From: Pseudidiomarina andamanensis
GTDB lineage: Bacteria; Pseudomonadota; Gammaproteobacteria; Enterobacterales; Alteromonadaceae
Assembly (NCBI RefSeq): GCF_009734345.1
Contig: NZ_CP032551.1
Span: 1,470,001 to 1,502,000 of the forward strand
Direction of reading: 5' to 3'
DNA: 32,000 nucleotides
In this document: positions 1 to 7,693 of the stretch, one piece after another
Layout: the number at the start of each line of letters is the position of its first letter
How positions within the stretch are numbered: the first letter of the stretch is position 1
Notes under the pieces: model-generated
Told to the model about the DNA's origin: nothing
Seen by the model: the letters and a program-made list of their open reading frames with translations, nothing else
The model's database searches: none
Program-made: the position numbers and the translations under genes

Positions 1-826
1 TAGCTGTGGTAAGTTTTGGCGCAAAACCTTGCACCACGCCGTACCCAATCACCCACAAAGCAAGAAAGCTTCCAACTTGCCAATGATCCCAGTTGAGTTG
101 GCTGGCGAGGAATACCGGAAGAGCTACCACAAACCATACATCACGAGCACCGAACAACAAAAATCTCGCTGCAGAAAGGATATTGATCGGGTGGCTTTTT
201 GATAAAAGCTCGTTAAATTTCGGTTTGAATTTAGCTTTACCCGTGTCCTTTTTAAGAAATATCAAACTCGACAGCCAAACCACCGATAGCATGCACGCCA
301 TGACTAAAACGGCACCAGCAAAACCTATCCAGGTGAGCAATACACCACCTAGAAAAAAGCCAATTCCTTTTAGCGTATTCTTCGAACCAGTTAATAATGC
401 CACCCACTTGTACAACTGACCTTGAGCGGCTTCGGGCACCAGTAACTTAATGGTGCTTTTAGCGCTCATTTTGTTCAAATCTTTCGCTATTCCTGAAAGC
501 GCTTGAGCGAACATAACCCAAATCACTGTAAGCCAATGACTGGGAACTAACAGCATGATTAAGGCAATAATTTGCAGCCCTAAACCAATATTCATGGTTC
601 GGTTGAGCCCCCATCGGGCTCCCAAATACCCACCAACTAAATTCGTCACCACACCAAAAAACTCGTAAAACAAGAACAGCATGGCGACTTCAAGCGCGGA
701 ATAGCCGAGTTGGTGGAAATGCAATACCACCAACATTCGCAACGCGCCATCAGTGAGAGTAAACGCCCAATAGTTGCCTGTTACCAACATGTATTGGCGA
801 ATAGCGGGCGATAAACGAGCTAACAT
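1..826 (-). CDS. arsJ: Organoarsenical (1-arseno-3-phosphoglycerate) efflux MFS transporter ArsJ, N-terminal ~275 aa; continues past the left window edge
   Basis: My own reverse-strand translation from ATG (complement of 824-826): [81 protein letters not shown]... This is multi-TM and MFS-like, and it matches the ArsJ N-terminal signature as I remember it. It is open to position 1, which explains its absence from the ORF track. The start overlaps the GAPDH stop (ATGTTAG). The context is GAPDH plus ArsR. Confidence 0.8.
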   Translation of the reverse strand, partial: MLARLSPAIRQYMLVTGNYWAFTLTDGALRMLVVLHFHQLGYSALEVAMLFLFYEFFGVVTNLVGGYLGARWGLNRTMNIGLGLQIIALIMLLVPSHWLTVIWVMFAQALSGIAKDLNKMSAKSTIKLLVPEAAQGQLYKWVALLTGSKNTLKGIGFFLGGVLLTWIGFAGAVLVMACMLSVVWLSSLIFLKKDTGKAKFKPKFNELLSKSHPINILSAARFLLFGARDVWFVVALPVFLASQLNWDHWQVGSFLALWVIGYGVVQGFAPKLTTA

Positions 827-1821
827 GAGCCAACTTTCTCCATGAGCTCGACAGTACGGTTGGCATAGCCCCACTCATTGTCATACCAAGCATAAAGTTT
901 CACGTGAGTGCCATTAATCACTTTGGTTGAGAGTGCATCAATAATGCTCGAGCGCGGATCGGTTTTATAATCAATGGATACTAACGGGCGCTCTTCATAT
1001 CCAAGAATGTTTTTTAAGTCGCCCTGAGCTGCCGCATTCATCCAACCATTAACTTCCTCCACTGTCGTCGGCTTTTCAACTTCAAATACGCAATCGGTTA
1101 ACGATGCATTAGCTAATGGTACGCGCACCGCATGACCATCAATTTTGCCCTTAAGCTCTGGAAATATTTCGATAATGGCTGTCGCTGAACCGGTCGAGGT
1201 AGGAATGAGGCTCATCCCACAGGCGCGCGCACGGCGCAAATCTTTATGCGGCGCATCAAGAATGCTCTGGGTATTTGTTAAATCATGAATGGTGGTGATT
1301 GAGCCATGCTTGATACCGATCTTTTCTTGCAATACCTTAACGATCGGTGCAATGCAGTTGGTTGTGCACGAAGCCGCCGTAACGATGCGGTGCTGGTATG
1401 GGTCAAACAGTTGATCATTTACGCCCATCACAATATTTAAAGCGCCAGGCTCTTTTACGGGCGCCGATACCACCACCCGTTTAACGCCTTGCTGTAAATA
1501 GTCGTTCAGAACCGCAACGGTTTTCATTTTACCCGATGCTTCGAGTACTACAGCGCAATCGCCCCAGTTGTTCTCTGAAATTGTTTTGAAGCGGGTAAAA
1601 GGAATCGATTTTTCCTGAATCACCAGCGCCTCATCAGAAGCCGAAGCTTCTTGTTGCCAGCGCCCGTGTACAGAATCGAAATTGATTAAATGTGCGAATG
1701 TAGCCGCATCAGCGCCGGGATCGTTCACCCGCACTAGTTCAAATGCAGGGTTCTGTGCAATTAAGCGCAATGCTAGTCGACCAATTCTACCTAAACCGTT
1801 AATTCCTACTTTAATCGCCAT
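820..1821 (-). CDS. gap: Glyceraldehyde-3-phosphate dehydrogenase, ars-operon-associated paralog
   Basis: 333 aa. It has the N-terminal NAD fold INGLGRIGR and the catalytic motif SCTTNC, and is full-length class I GAPDH-like. The gene lies 3 nt downstream of the ArsR-type gene and overlaps the arsJ start. Confidence 0.9.
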   Translation of the reverse strand: MAIKVGINGLGRIGRLALRLIAQNPAFELVRVNDPGADAATFAHLINFDSVHGRWQQEASASDEALVIQEKSIPFTRFKTISENNWGDCAVVLEASGKMKTVAVLNDYLQQGVKRVVVSAPVKEPGALNIVMGVNDQLFDPYQHRIVTAASCTTNCIAPIVKVLQEKIGIKHGSITTIHDLTNTQSILDAPHKDLRRARACGMSLIPTSTGSATAIIEIFPELKGKIDGHAVRVPLANASLTDCVFEVEKPTTVEEVNGWMNAAAQGDLKNILGYEERPLVSIDYKTDPRSSIIDALSTKVINGTHVKLYAWYDNEWGYANRTVELMEKVGSC

Positions 1822-1824
1822 AAA

Positions 1825-2550
1825 TTACTCCGTAGTATTCTTTGAAAGATTTCCAAGCTGCGGATTATGCGCCGCTGCTACTGCAATTGTTTGTCGCATC
1901 CAATCGGGTAACGCAGGATTCAATCGATAATGTACCCATCGATGATCCCTTCTATCCAGCAGCAAGCCGTATTCGCGCAATTGGGCCAAATGACGTGAAA
2001 CTTTTGGCTGGGACATACCTGTTATCTCAACAAAATCACACACGCATAACTCATCTTGGCGCGCCAACATTAGAATCATAGACAACCGTAACGGGTCAGC
2101 CATTATCTTGAAGAAGTCTTGTGGGCTATTGAAGAGGTGTGGTAGCTGCATTCGCTTGCGTAGGACTAGTAAGAACATTCGAATGCGTTCGCTGAGTTCT
2201 TTCGCCGTGCGCAAGAACGAGTCAGTTTTCATGCTGGAGACCGGATCAGAAAAATCCCATGCGATAAAGTTAATGCCCTGAAAGTCTGTCTGGCATTCAA
2301 GTCGCGCGCGGTCACACAAGCTAATAACATAATCGAACTGCATATCACCAAGGCTTTTAATTGCCTTTGAGTGCAGCCCTTCCGTATTTACGTTCAACAC
2401 TGATAGTGCCGCCAATGCCTCTGGCTCAACATGCGAGGGCTGAGTGCCTGCACTAAACACGTCAACATCAGAGCCCGCAAAATGCCGCATAATGGCTTCG
2501 GCCATAATCGAGCGAGCCGAGTTGGCTGAACATAGGAATAGAACTTTCAT
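1825..2550 (-). CDS. arsR: Fusion protein: N-terminal LMW-PTP-type (thioredoxin-coupled) arsenate reductase ArsC domain plus C-terminal ArsR/SmtB metalloregulator domain
   Basis: 241 aa. The N-terminal domain has the CX5R(S) P-loop LCSANSARS (Cys7) plus Cys79 and Cys86. The spacings of 72 and 7 residues equal those of Cys10/82/89 in pI258 ArsC. The C-terminal domain has the As(III)-site motif ELCVCDF followed by the wHTH GMSQPKVSRHLAQLREYGLL..RWVHYRL. Confidence 0.85.
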   Translation of the reverse strand: MKVLFLCSANSARSIMAEAIMRHFAGSDVDVFSAGTQPSHVEPEALAALSVLNVNTEGLHSKAIKSLGDMQFDYVISLCDRARLECQTDFQGINFIAWDFSDPVSSMKTDSFLRTAKELSERIRMFLLVLRKRMQLPHLFNSPQDFFKIMADPLRLSMILMLARQDELCVCDFVEITGMSQPKVSRHLAQLREYGLLLDRRDHRWVHYRLNPALPDWMRQTIAVAAAHNPQLGNLSKNTTE

Positions 2551-2560
2551 CGACTATCTC

Positions 2561-2596
2561 ATATCTGAAAAATCACATATATGATAAAACAGATAT
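2561..2596. promoter_or_regulatory. Imperfect inverted repeat, candidate ArsR operator
   Basis: ATATCTG-aaaa-ATCA-catata-TGAT-aaaa-CAGATAT. The 7-nt and 4-nt arms are complementary and the A4 spacers are not. It lies 11 nt upstream of the arsR-fusion start and overlaps the predicted -10. Confidence 0.4.
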
Positions 2597-2610
2597 CAAA
2601 AATCAGGCAA
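2581..2610 (-). promoter_or_regulatory. Candidate sigma70 promoter of the ars operon
   Basis: Read on the minus strand: TTGCCT (2610-2605), an 18-nt spacer, then TATCAT (2586-2581). Confidence 0.35.
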
Positions 2611-2611
2611 T

Positions 2612-2646
2612 AAAAAACCCGAAAGTTTTGACGCTTTCGGGTTTTT
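2612..2646 (-). terminator. Rho-independent terminator downstream of tRNA-Gly
   Basis: Stem ACCCGAAAG / CTTTCGGGT (2617-2625 and 2633-2641) with an 7-nt loop. It is flanked by an A-run on one side and a T-run on the other, so a U-tract follows on the minus-strand transcript (UUUUUUA). It starts 7 nt after the tRNA 3' end. Confidence 0.8.
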
Positions 2647-2652
2647 CGAATT

Positions 2653-2728
2653 TGGAGCGAGAAACGAGATTCGAACTCGCGACCCCAACCTTGGCAAGGT
2701 TGTGCTCTACCAGCTGAGCTATTCTCGC
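2653..2728 (-). tRNA. glyV: tRNA-Gly (anticodon GCC)
   Basis: The reverse complement reads GCGAGAATAGCTCAGCTGGTAGAGCACAACCTTGCCAAGGTTGGGGTCGCGAGTTCGAATCTCGTTTCTCGCTCCA. It is 76 nt with an encoded CCA, a cloverleaf-compatible acceptor stem (GCGAGAA/TTCTCGC), the anticodon loop CTTGCCAAG and the T-loop GGTTCGAATCC-like. It is near-identical to E. coli tRNA-Gly GCC as I recall it. Confidence 0.95.
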
Positions 2729-2746
2729 ATGTGTTAACGAGGGCGT

Positions 2747-2774
2747 ATTTTACGGATTCGGCTCACGCCGTCAA
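2747..2774 (-). promoter_or_regulatory. Candidate sigma70 promoter for tRNA-Gly
   Basis: Minus strand: TTGACG (2774-2769), a 16-nt spacer, then TAAAAT (2752-2747), followed by a GC-rich discriminator (ACGCCCTC) typical of stable-RNA promoters. The -10 ends 18 nt before the mature tRNA 5' end. Confidence 0.5.
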
Positions 2775-3052
2775 CCACTTTTTTCAGTTGAATTGTTCGT
2801 TCGCTCGGAATTTGAACACCCTGCAGCTTTTTTCCACAAAATAGGCTGCGGCGGCACTTGCACGCCACCATCTTGATTAACAAACACTAATTTATTTTGT
2901 TCGACCTTATTCAACCAATCTCGAACAATACTGGTTTGCTCAATCCAGCCATGTAATTCACAGCGAAGTTTTTGCAATTCTGACGCCTGAGTTTCCTGCG
3001 ACATCGCCGAAGGTGTTATGAAGAGTGCGAGTAAAGCAATCACAAAGCGCAT
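2771..3052 (-). CDS. Hypothetical small secreted/periplasmic protein (93 aa)
   Basis: It has an N-terminal signal-like segment, MRFVIALLALFITPSAMSQ. The mature part has two Cys (positions 31 and 79) and I recognise no domain. The start shares 1 nt with the upstream stop (TGATG at 3050-3054). Confidence 0.6.
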   Translation of the reverse strand: MRFVIALLALFITPSAMSQETQASELQKLRCELHGWIEQTSIVRDWLNKVEQNKLVFVNQDGGVQVPPQPILWKKAAGCSNSERTNNSTEKSG

Positions 3053-4374
3053 CAGCTCTTCTCCTTATTCTTATTTGCTTGCGTAATCTTTCGCTCGAGC
3101 TCTTTTAACCGCTGCGGTTCTTCTTCAGGCATGTGCAAGTAAAAAGTACTACTCAAAATGGGCATGCCATCGGGTAATACTTTATTTTCAAATACCAGCT
3201 CTATCACCAATTTCCCCATGTGGCTGTCTTGGCGAAACGATGGACTCAAAAATAAATCTGGGCGCGCACCATTGGTGGTGACTTCCTGAGGGAAATAACT
3301 CGAAATCACTGCTGCAATGCGTTTGCCAATGAGTTTTTTGTAATCTTGCTCATACGCATGAAGTTGCGCATCTACCGGTAAATAGCGATATACCGAGTAA
3401 GTTAAATACGCTTCAGCAAATCGGGCTAATTCGTCGCGATGCTGCTGCGAATTAGCCTTCCCAAGAATGCGGTACAAGGTGTCTTTAGCAAAATCACGAA
3501 AGCTTTCGCGTAAATCAGTAAGTGGACGCCACTGCTTTGACGTGAGAATGGCCTTTGCACAATTACGAGCTCGCGCATCCCAGTCTTCGTATAACTCCGA
3601 CATACTCGGAACGCCTGAACCATGGGTCTCCAACAACCACTGCTTGGCTGATTGATTCATACGCTCTTCAAAGTAACCTTCAAATTTCACGAAATTACGA
3701 TACTCGCCTCGCGTTAACGCTTTAAAACCAGCCGTCATGCTGAGCTGTAATGGTAGGTATCGCTGGTCGTGGTCACGATTAAACATCAGTGCTTTCGCAA
3801 CGAATCCGTTTAAAATTCGCTCATCGTCATCAGTTGCAGCACGTGTAAGCGAGTTGATGTAATCATCATAAAGTTGTTCACGCGCTTGCTTCGCTTTACG
3901 TCTTAAACGAAACGGTTTGTATGGAACATCCTTCGTCACTTTCAAAAATGTTTCATAAGCAATGATTGTATTTCGTCGTTCCGCGAGAAAGAAATTGCGC
4001 TGATGCGAACGCACTTGTCTCCAGGCAAAAAATGCGAAACCGAATGCTTTGTTGAAGCCCCACAATAATGGCGGTAGTAGCAACCAAATATAGTTTGAAA
4101 ACCAGTGACCTGGGAGCATGAAGGGCCGCTTGATTTCCATTTTTTCTAATTCAGTAAGAGGTTGCTCAGTACCGGTTGCCGGTGCATACCAAACCAACTC
4201 GGCAAACACTTCAAAGGGCAGCCAGCGGTTGATCTGCCAACTGAGATAGGCTTTTTGCTCACCGTAAACCGTTTCAACCTGCTTTTGTTGGTCAGCAAAT
4301 GCGACATATTTCGGTGGGCCATAAGTCAGGCCCATAAAAATAATGAAAACTGCAGCAACGAGCCATTTAATCAC
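3052..4374 (-). CDS. Hypothetical inner-membrane protein (440 aa): two predicted TM segments, a ~70-aa periplasmic loop and a ~320-aa basic/helical cytoplasmic domain
   Basis: This is a long uninterrupted ORF. The GTG start at 4374 is preceded by AGGAAGG 8 nt upstream. Hydrophobic segments lie at aa 4-18 and ~94-118, followed by an R/K-rich stretch (positive-inside). I see no catalytic motif (no HExxH, no P-loop). It begins 26 nt after the orn stop with no hairpin between. Confidence 0.7.
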   Translation of the reverse strand: MIKWLVAAVFIIFMGLTYGPPKYVAFADQQKQVETVYGEQKAYLSWQINRWLPFEVFAELVWYAPATGTEQPLTELEKMEIKRPFMLPGHWFSNYIWLLLPPLLWGFNKAFGFAFFAWRQVRSHQRNFFLAERRNTIIAYETFLKVTKDVPYKPFRLRRKAKQAREQLYDDYINSLTRAATDDDERILNGFVAKALMFNRDHDQRYLPLQLSMTAGFKALTRGEYRNFVKFEGYFEERMNQSAKQWLLETHGSGVPSMSELYEDWDARARNCAKAILTSKQWRPLTDLRESFRDFAKDTLYRILGKANSQQHRDELARFAEAYLTYSVYRYLPVDAQLHAYEQDYKKLIGKRIAAVISSYFPQEVTTNGARPDLFLSPSFRQDSHMGKLVIELVFENKVLPDGMPILSSTFYLHMPEEEPQRLKELERKITQANKNKEKS

Positions 4375-4400
4375 GTGCTTAGCCTTCCTTGTTGTTATTA

Positions 4401-4943
4401 TTATTTAAATAAATTCACTCGATAATATTTCAATTCTTCAATCGATTCACGAATATCTGCTAAAGCGGTGTGCGCGCCTTGCTTAGTTAAGCCATTTGCG
4501 ACTTCAGGCGCCCAATATTTCGCGAGTTGTTTCAATGTACTCACATCAAGGTTACGGTAATGAAAGTAAGTTTCTAACTCCGGCATATGCTTGGCTAGGA
4601 AGCGGCGATCTTGGCAGATACTATTCCCGCACATTGGTGAACTGCCGGCCGTCACCCACTTTTGTAAAAACTCGATGGTTGCATCACTCGCTTGCTGTTC
4701 GTTAAATTCACTCGCTTTAACACGCTCGACTAGCCCTGATTGCGTGTGGGTTCGCACATTCCACTCGTCCATCTTATCTAAATTGGTCTGCGATTGGTGT
4801 ACTGCAATAACAGGACCTTCCGCTAATACGTTTAGTTCGTAATCAGTCACTATAGTCGCAATCTCAATAATGTGATCGTAATCTGGTGTTAAACCGGTCA
4901 TTTCTAAGTCGATCCAAATGAGACGTTCTGCGCTCGCTGTCAT
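4401..4943 (-). CDS. orn: Oligoribonuclease
   Basis: 180 aa. It has the DEDDh exonuclease motifs (WIDLEMTGL ... H..ALADI) and conserved divergent synteny with rsgA-psd. Confidence 0.93.
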   Translation of the reverse strand: MTASAERLIWIDLEMTGLTPDYDHIIEIATIVTDYELNVLAEGPVIAVHQSQTNLDKMDEWNVRTHTQSGLVERVKASEFNEQQASDATIEFLQKWVTAGSSPMCGNSICQDRRFLAKHMPELETYFHYRNLDVSTLKQLAKYWAPEVANGLTKQGAHTALADIRESIEELKYYRVNLFK

Positions 4944-5033
4944 GCAATTTACCTTATTTGATTACAATTAAGTTCAGGCACTATTGTGCCGAATAATGTA
5001 TGATTGCCTCTAGTATGTACTGGAATTAATTTG

Positions 5034-6092
5034 ATGGCAAAACAACGACGTCTGAACAAAGGGCAACTACGCCGAATCAAGTCGAATCAAGAAAAGCGTA
5101 TTCAACGAGCTGAATTAGAAATCGAAGTTGAAGACGCGGCTTTAGATGCCTCTGAGTCAGGTATTGTCGTAAGCCGTTTCGGCCAACAAGCGATTATCTG
5201 TACCGACACCGAAGCTGCGTTACGCTGTCATATTCGGCGTGCTGTTGATTCATTAGTATGCGGTGATGAAGTGATCTGGCGTCGTTTCAAACAGCGCTCA
5301 GAGGATGTTGCCGGTGTTATCGAAGCGGTGCAGCCACGGCGCTCATTACTCAGTCGCCCAGATTATTACGACGGCGTCAAGCCAGTTGCTGCTAACGTAG
5401 ATCAAATTCTGATTGTTTCTAGCGTGTTACCGGCGTTCTCCAGTCAAATTATTGATCGATACTTGGTAGCATGTGAAGACATTGGCGTAACGCCTGTCAT
5501 TGTTCTCAATAAAGCGGACCTTCTTGCTGAGCTTGATTCTGAGCAGCGCCAAGAAATAACCGATGCACTCGCGGTGTATCGTGATATCGGCTATCAGGTA
5601 CTTGAAGTGAGTGCTAAGCAGCCAGAGTCATTGGACGCCTTGCAACAATTATTGAATGAGCATGTCTCCATTGTGGTGGGGCAATCCGGCGTTGGAAAAT
5701 CATCGTTAGTGAATGCCCTCCTGCCGGAAATTGATGCCGATGTGGGCGCCATTTCGGATAATTCAGGGCTTGGCCAACACACAACAACCGTAGCAACGCG
5801 GTATGTTGTTCCAACTGGTGGCGTGTTGATTGACTCGCCCGGAATTCGGGAGTTTGCCCTTTGGCACTTAGAACCTGAGCGTGTTGCTTGGTGCTACATC
5901 GATTTACGACCATACTTAGGGCAATGTAAGTTTCGTGACTGCAAACATCAGGATGATCCAGGTTGTGCACTCCAAGAAGCACTCGAAGCAGGTGACCTGC
6001 ACCCCCTGCGCCTGTACAATTTCCATAGAATTATTGAATCGATGGCAATTAAAAAGCCATCAAGAGCAACTACTCGAGGTAAAAAAACGTGA
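5034..6092 (+). CDS. rsgA: Ribosome small-subunit-dependent GTPase A (YjeQ)
   Basis: It has circularly permuted GTPase motifs (NKADL ... [10 protein letters not shown]) and a C-terminal Zn knuckle, [15 protein letters not shown] prefer the ATG at 5034 ([11 protein letters not shown]) over the track's TTG at 5004. Confidence 0.92.
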   Translation: MAKQRRLNKGQLRRIKSNQEKRIQRAELEIEVEDAALDASESGIVVSRFGQQAIICTDTEAALRCHIRRAVDSLVCGDEVIWRRFKQRSEDVAGVIEAVQPRRSLLSRPDYYDGVKPVAANVDQILIVSSVLPAFSSQIIDRYLVACEDIGVTPVIVLNKADLLAELDSEQRQEITDALAVYRDIGYQVLEVSAKQPESLDALQQLLNEHVSIVVGQSGVGKSSLVNALLPEIDADVGAISDNSGLGQHTTTVATRYVVPTGGVLIDSPGIREFALWHLEPERVAWCYIDLRPYLGQCKFRDCKHQDDPGCALQEALEAGDLHPLRLYNFHRIIESMAIKKPSRATTRGKKT

Positions 6093-6958
6093 ATTTGGAT
6101 CGCGTAAAAATTCAATTACAACACTGGTTACCTAAGCATGCCGTATCACGTCTAGTCGGTAAATTTGCAGCTGCACAAGCCGGCTGGTTTACGCAGGCAT
6201 TCATACGCTGGTTTATTCGCCAGTATAAAATTGATATGAGTGAAGCTATTCACGAAGAGCCAAAGGCATACAAAACCTTCAATGACTTTTTCACGCGCTA
6301 CTTAAAGCCGGAATTGCGCCCATTAAAGGCAACGGATGACAAACAATTTGCCCACCCAGTTGATGGTGCCATTAGCCAACTGGGTGATATTGAAGAGGGG
6401 CGGGTATTTCAAGCCAAAGGCCACGATTACAGTCTGACTGAATTACTTGGCGGCGACCCGCGAGATGCACACGCTTTTCGCGATGGTGACTTTGCGACAA
6501 TCTACTTAGCACCAAAAGATTACCACCGTATCCACATGCCATGCGACGGTGTATTGCGCAAAATGATTTACGTGCCAGGTGACCTGTATTCAGTGAATCC
6601 GCTAACTGTAGCAAACGTACCAAATTTATTTGCACGTAATGAGCGCGTAGTTGCCATTTTTGAAGCCGACTTTGGTCAATTTGCAATGGTACTTGTTGGG
6701 GCTACTATTGTTGCCAGCATTGGTACGGTTTGGTCAGAAACCGTCACTCCACCGCGCGGTACTGACGTACATACGTGGGAATACCCAGCCTCAGGTGAAC
6801 AAGCGATTCGCTTGAAAAAAGGCGAGGAAATGGGCCACTTCAAATTGGGGTCAACGGTTATTTTGGTGTTCCCGGATGATGTGATTGATTTTGATGACGA
6901 GCTCAAACCTGGCACCGTGACCCGCATGGGAACCGTATTAGGTGAGCGTGACGACTAG
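6089..6958 (+). CDS. psd: Phosphatidylserine decarboxylase proenzyme
   Basis: 289 aa. It has the LGST self-cleavage motif ([12 protein letters not shown]). The GTG start overlaps the rsgA stop (GTGA). Confidence 0.93.
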   Translation: MNLDRVKIQLQHWLPKHAVSRLVGKFAAAQAGWFTQAFIRWFIRQYKIDMSEAIHEEPKAYKTFNDFFTRYLKPELRPLKATDDKQFAHPVDGAISQLGDIEEGRVFQAKGHDYSLTELLGGDPRDAHAFRDGDFATIYLAPKDYHRIHMPCDGVLRKMIYVPGDLYSVNPLTVANVPNLFARNERVVAIFEADFGQFAMVLVGATIVASIGTVWSETVTPPRGTDVHTWEYPASGEQAIRLKKGEEMGHFKLGSTVILVFPDDVIDFDDELKPGTVTRMGTVLGERDD

Positions 6959-6960
6959 TT

Positions 6961-7689
6961 ATGCTCATTTTTGCGCATCGAGGAGCAAGTTTCGAAGCAC
7001 CAGAGAACACCATTGCGGCGTTCAGCAAGGCTCTCGATGCGCAAGCTGATGGCATTGAAATTGATGTTTATCCCATTGAAGACGAGTGGCTGGTCTTCCA
7101 CGATCGGTATCTGGCTCGACTGACGGCTCAAACTGGCCGCCTGCAAGATTTAACCCTCGCTCAACTACGAACACTGAAAGTGTTTGGCCAACAACCAATA
7201 CCAACACTAGACGAAGCCCTCGACTTTATTCGAGGCCGCTGCCAAGTCAACATCGAACTTAAAGGCGCAGACATTAAACGTGGGCTCACACGTCATCTGA
7301 GACGCGCCGTTGAACAGGCTAACTTTGAACCCGAACAATTATTAGTGTCGAGTTTTAACCATCACTGGTTGGCGCAACTAAAACAAGATCACCCACATCA
7401 ACGCATTGGAGCTCTTACCACCAGTTGCCCTCTTAATTATGCGTATTTTGCGGCACAACTTGACGCTTGGTCTGTGCATATTGATGTTGATTTCGTCACG
7501 CAGGAATTCATTAATGATGCGCATCAACGTGGCTTAAAGGTTTTTGTATTTACTGTTGATGAGCCAGACGATATGCGTGAGTTAAAACAAATGGGTGTCG
7601 ACGGTATATTTACTAACCATCCGACACTTGCCAGAAATGTGCTTCACGGGCTTTTTGTTGATGCCCGTGAAGCAAATCGATGGGAATAG
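6961..7689 (+). CDS. Glycerophosphodiester phosphodiesterase (cytoplasmic UgpQ-like GDPD family)
   Basis: 242 aa. It has the N-terminal GDPD signature FAHRGAS..APENT and the later IELK and FTVD motifs, and no signal peptide. The start is 2 nt after the psd stop. Confidence 0.85.
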   Translation: MLIFAHRGASFEAPENTIAAFSKALDAQADGIEIDVYPIEDEWLVFHDRYLARLTAQTGRLQDLTLAQLRTLKVFGQQPIPTLDEALDFIRGRCQVNIELKGADIKRGLTRHLRRAVEQANFEPEQLLVSSFNHHWLAQLKQDHPHQRIGALTTSCPLNYAYFAAQLDAWSVHIDVDFVTQEFINDAHQRGLKVFVFTVDEPDDMRELKQMGVDGIFTNHPTLARNVLHGLFVDAREANRWE

Positions 7690-7693
7690 TGCG

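Noticed and set aside
93-419. 108-aa plus-strand ORF from the track
   Set aside because: It lies entirely antisense to a much better minus-strand reading frame (ArsJ, open from 826 to the window edge). Its low-complexity N/T/R-rich sequence has no recognisable features.
1-2728. Calling the ars module a genomic island integrated at tRNA-Gly
   Set aside because: The position at the tRNA 3' end is suggestive. However, the window shows no integrase and no duplicated tRNA 3' segment, and I saw no obvious GC shift by eye. The far boundary is outside the window, so I kept this as a hypothesis only.
5004-5033. N-terminal extensions from the track using TTG/GTG starts (rsgA 5004, rsd 13983, slyX 15372, astA 20373, rpe 24125)
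   Set aside because: In each case an internal ATG lies at the position where homologs begin and has a better-placed Shine-Dalgarno. The extensions add non-conserved residues.
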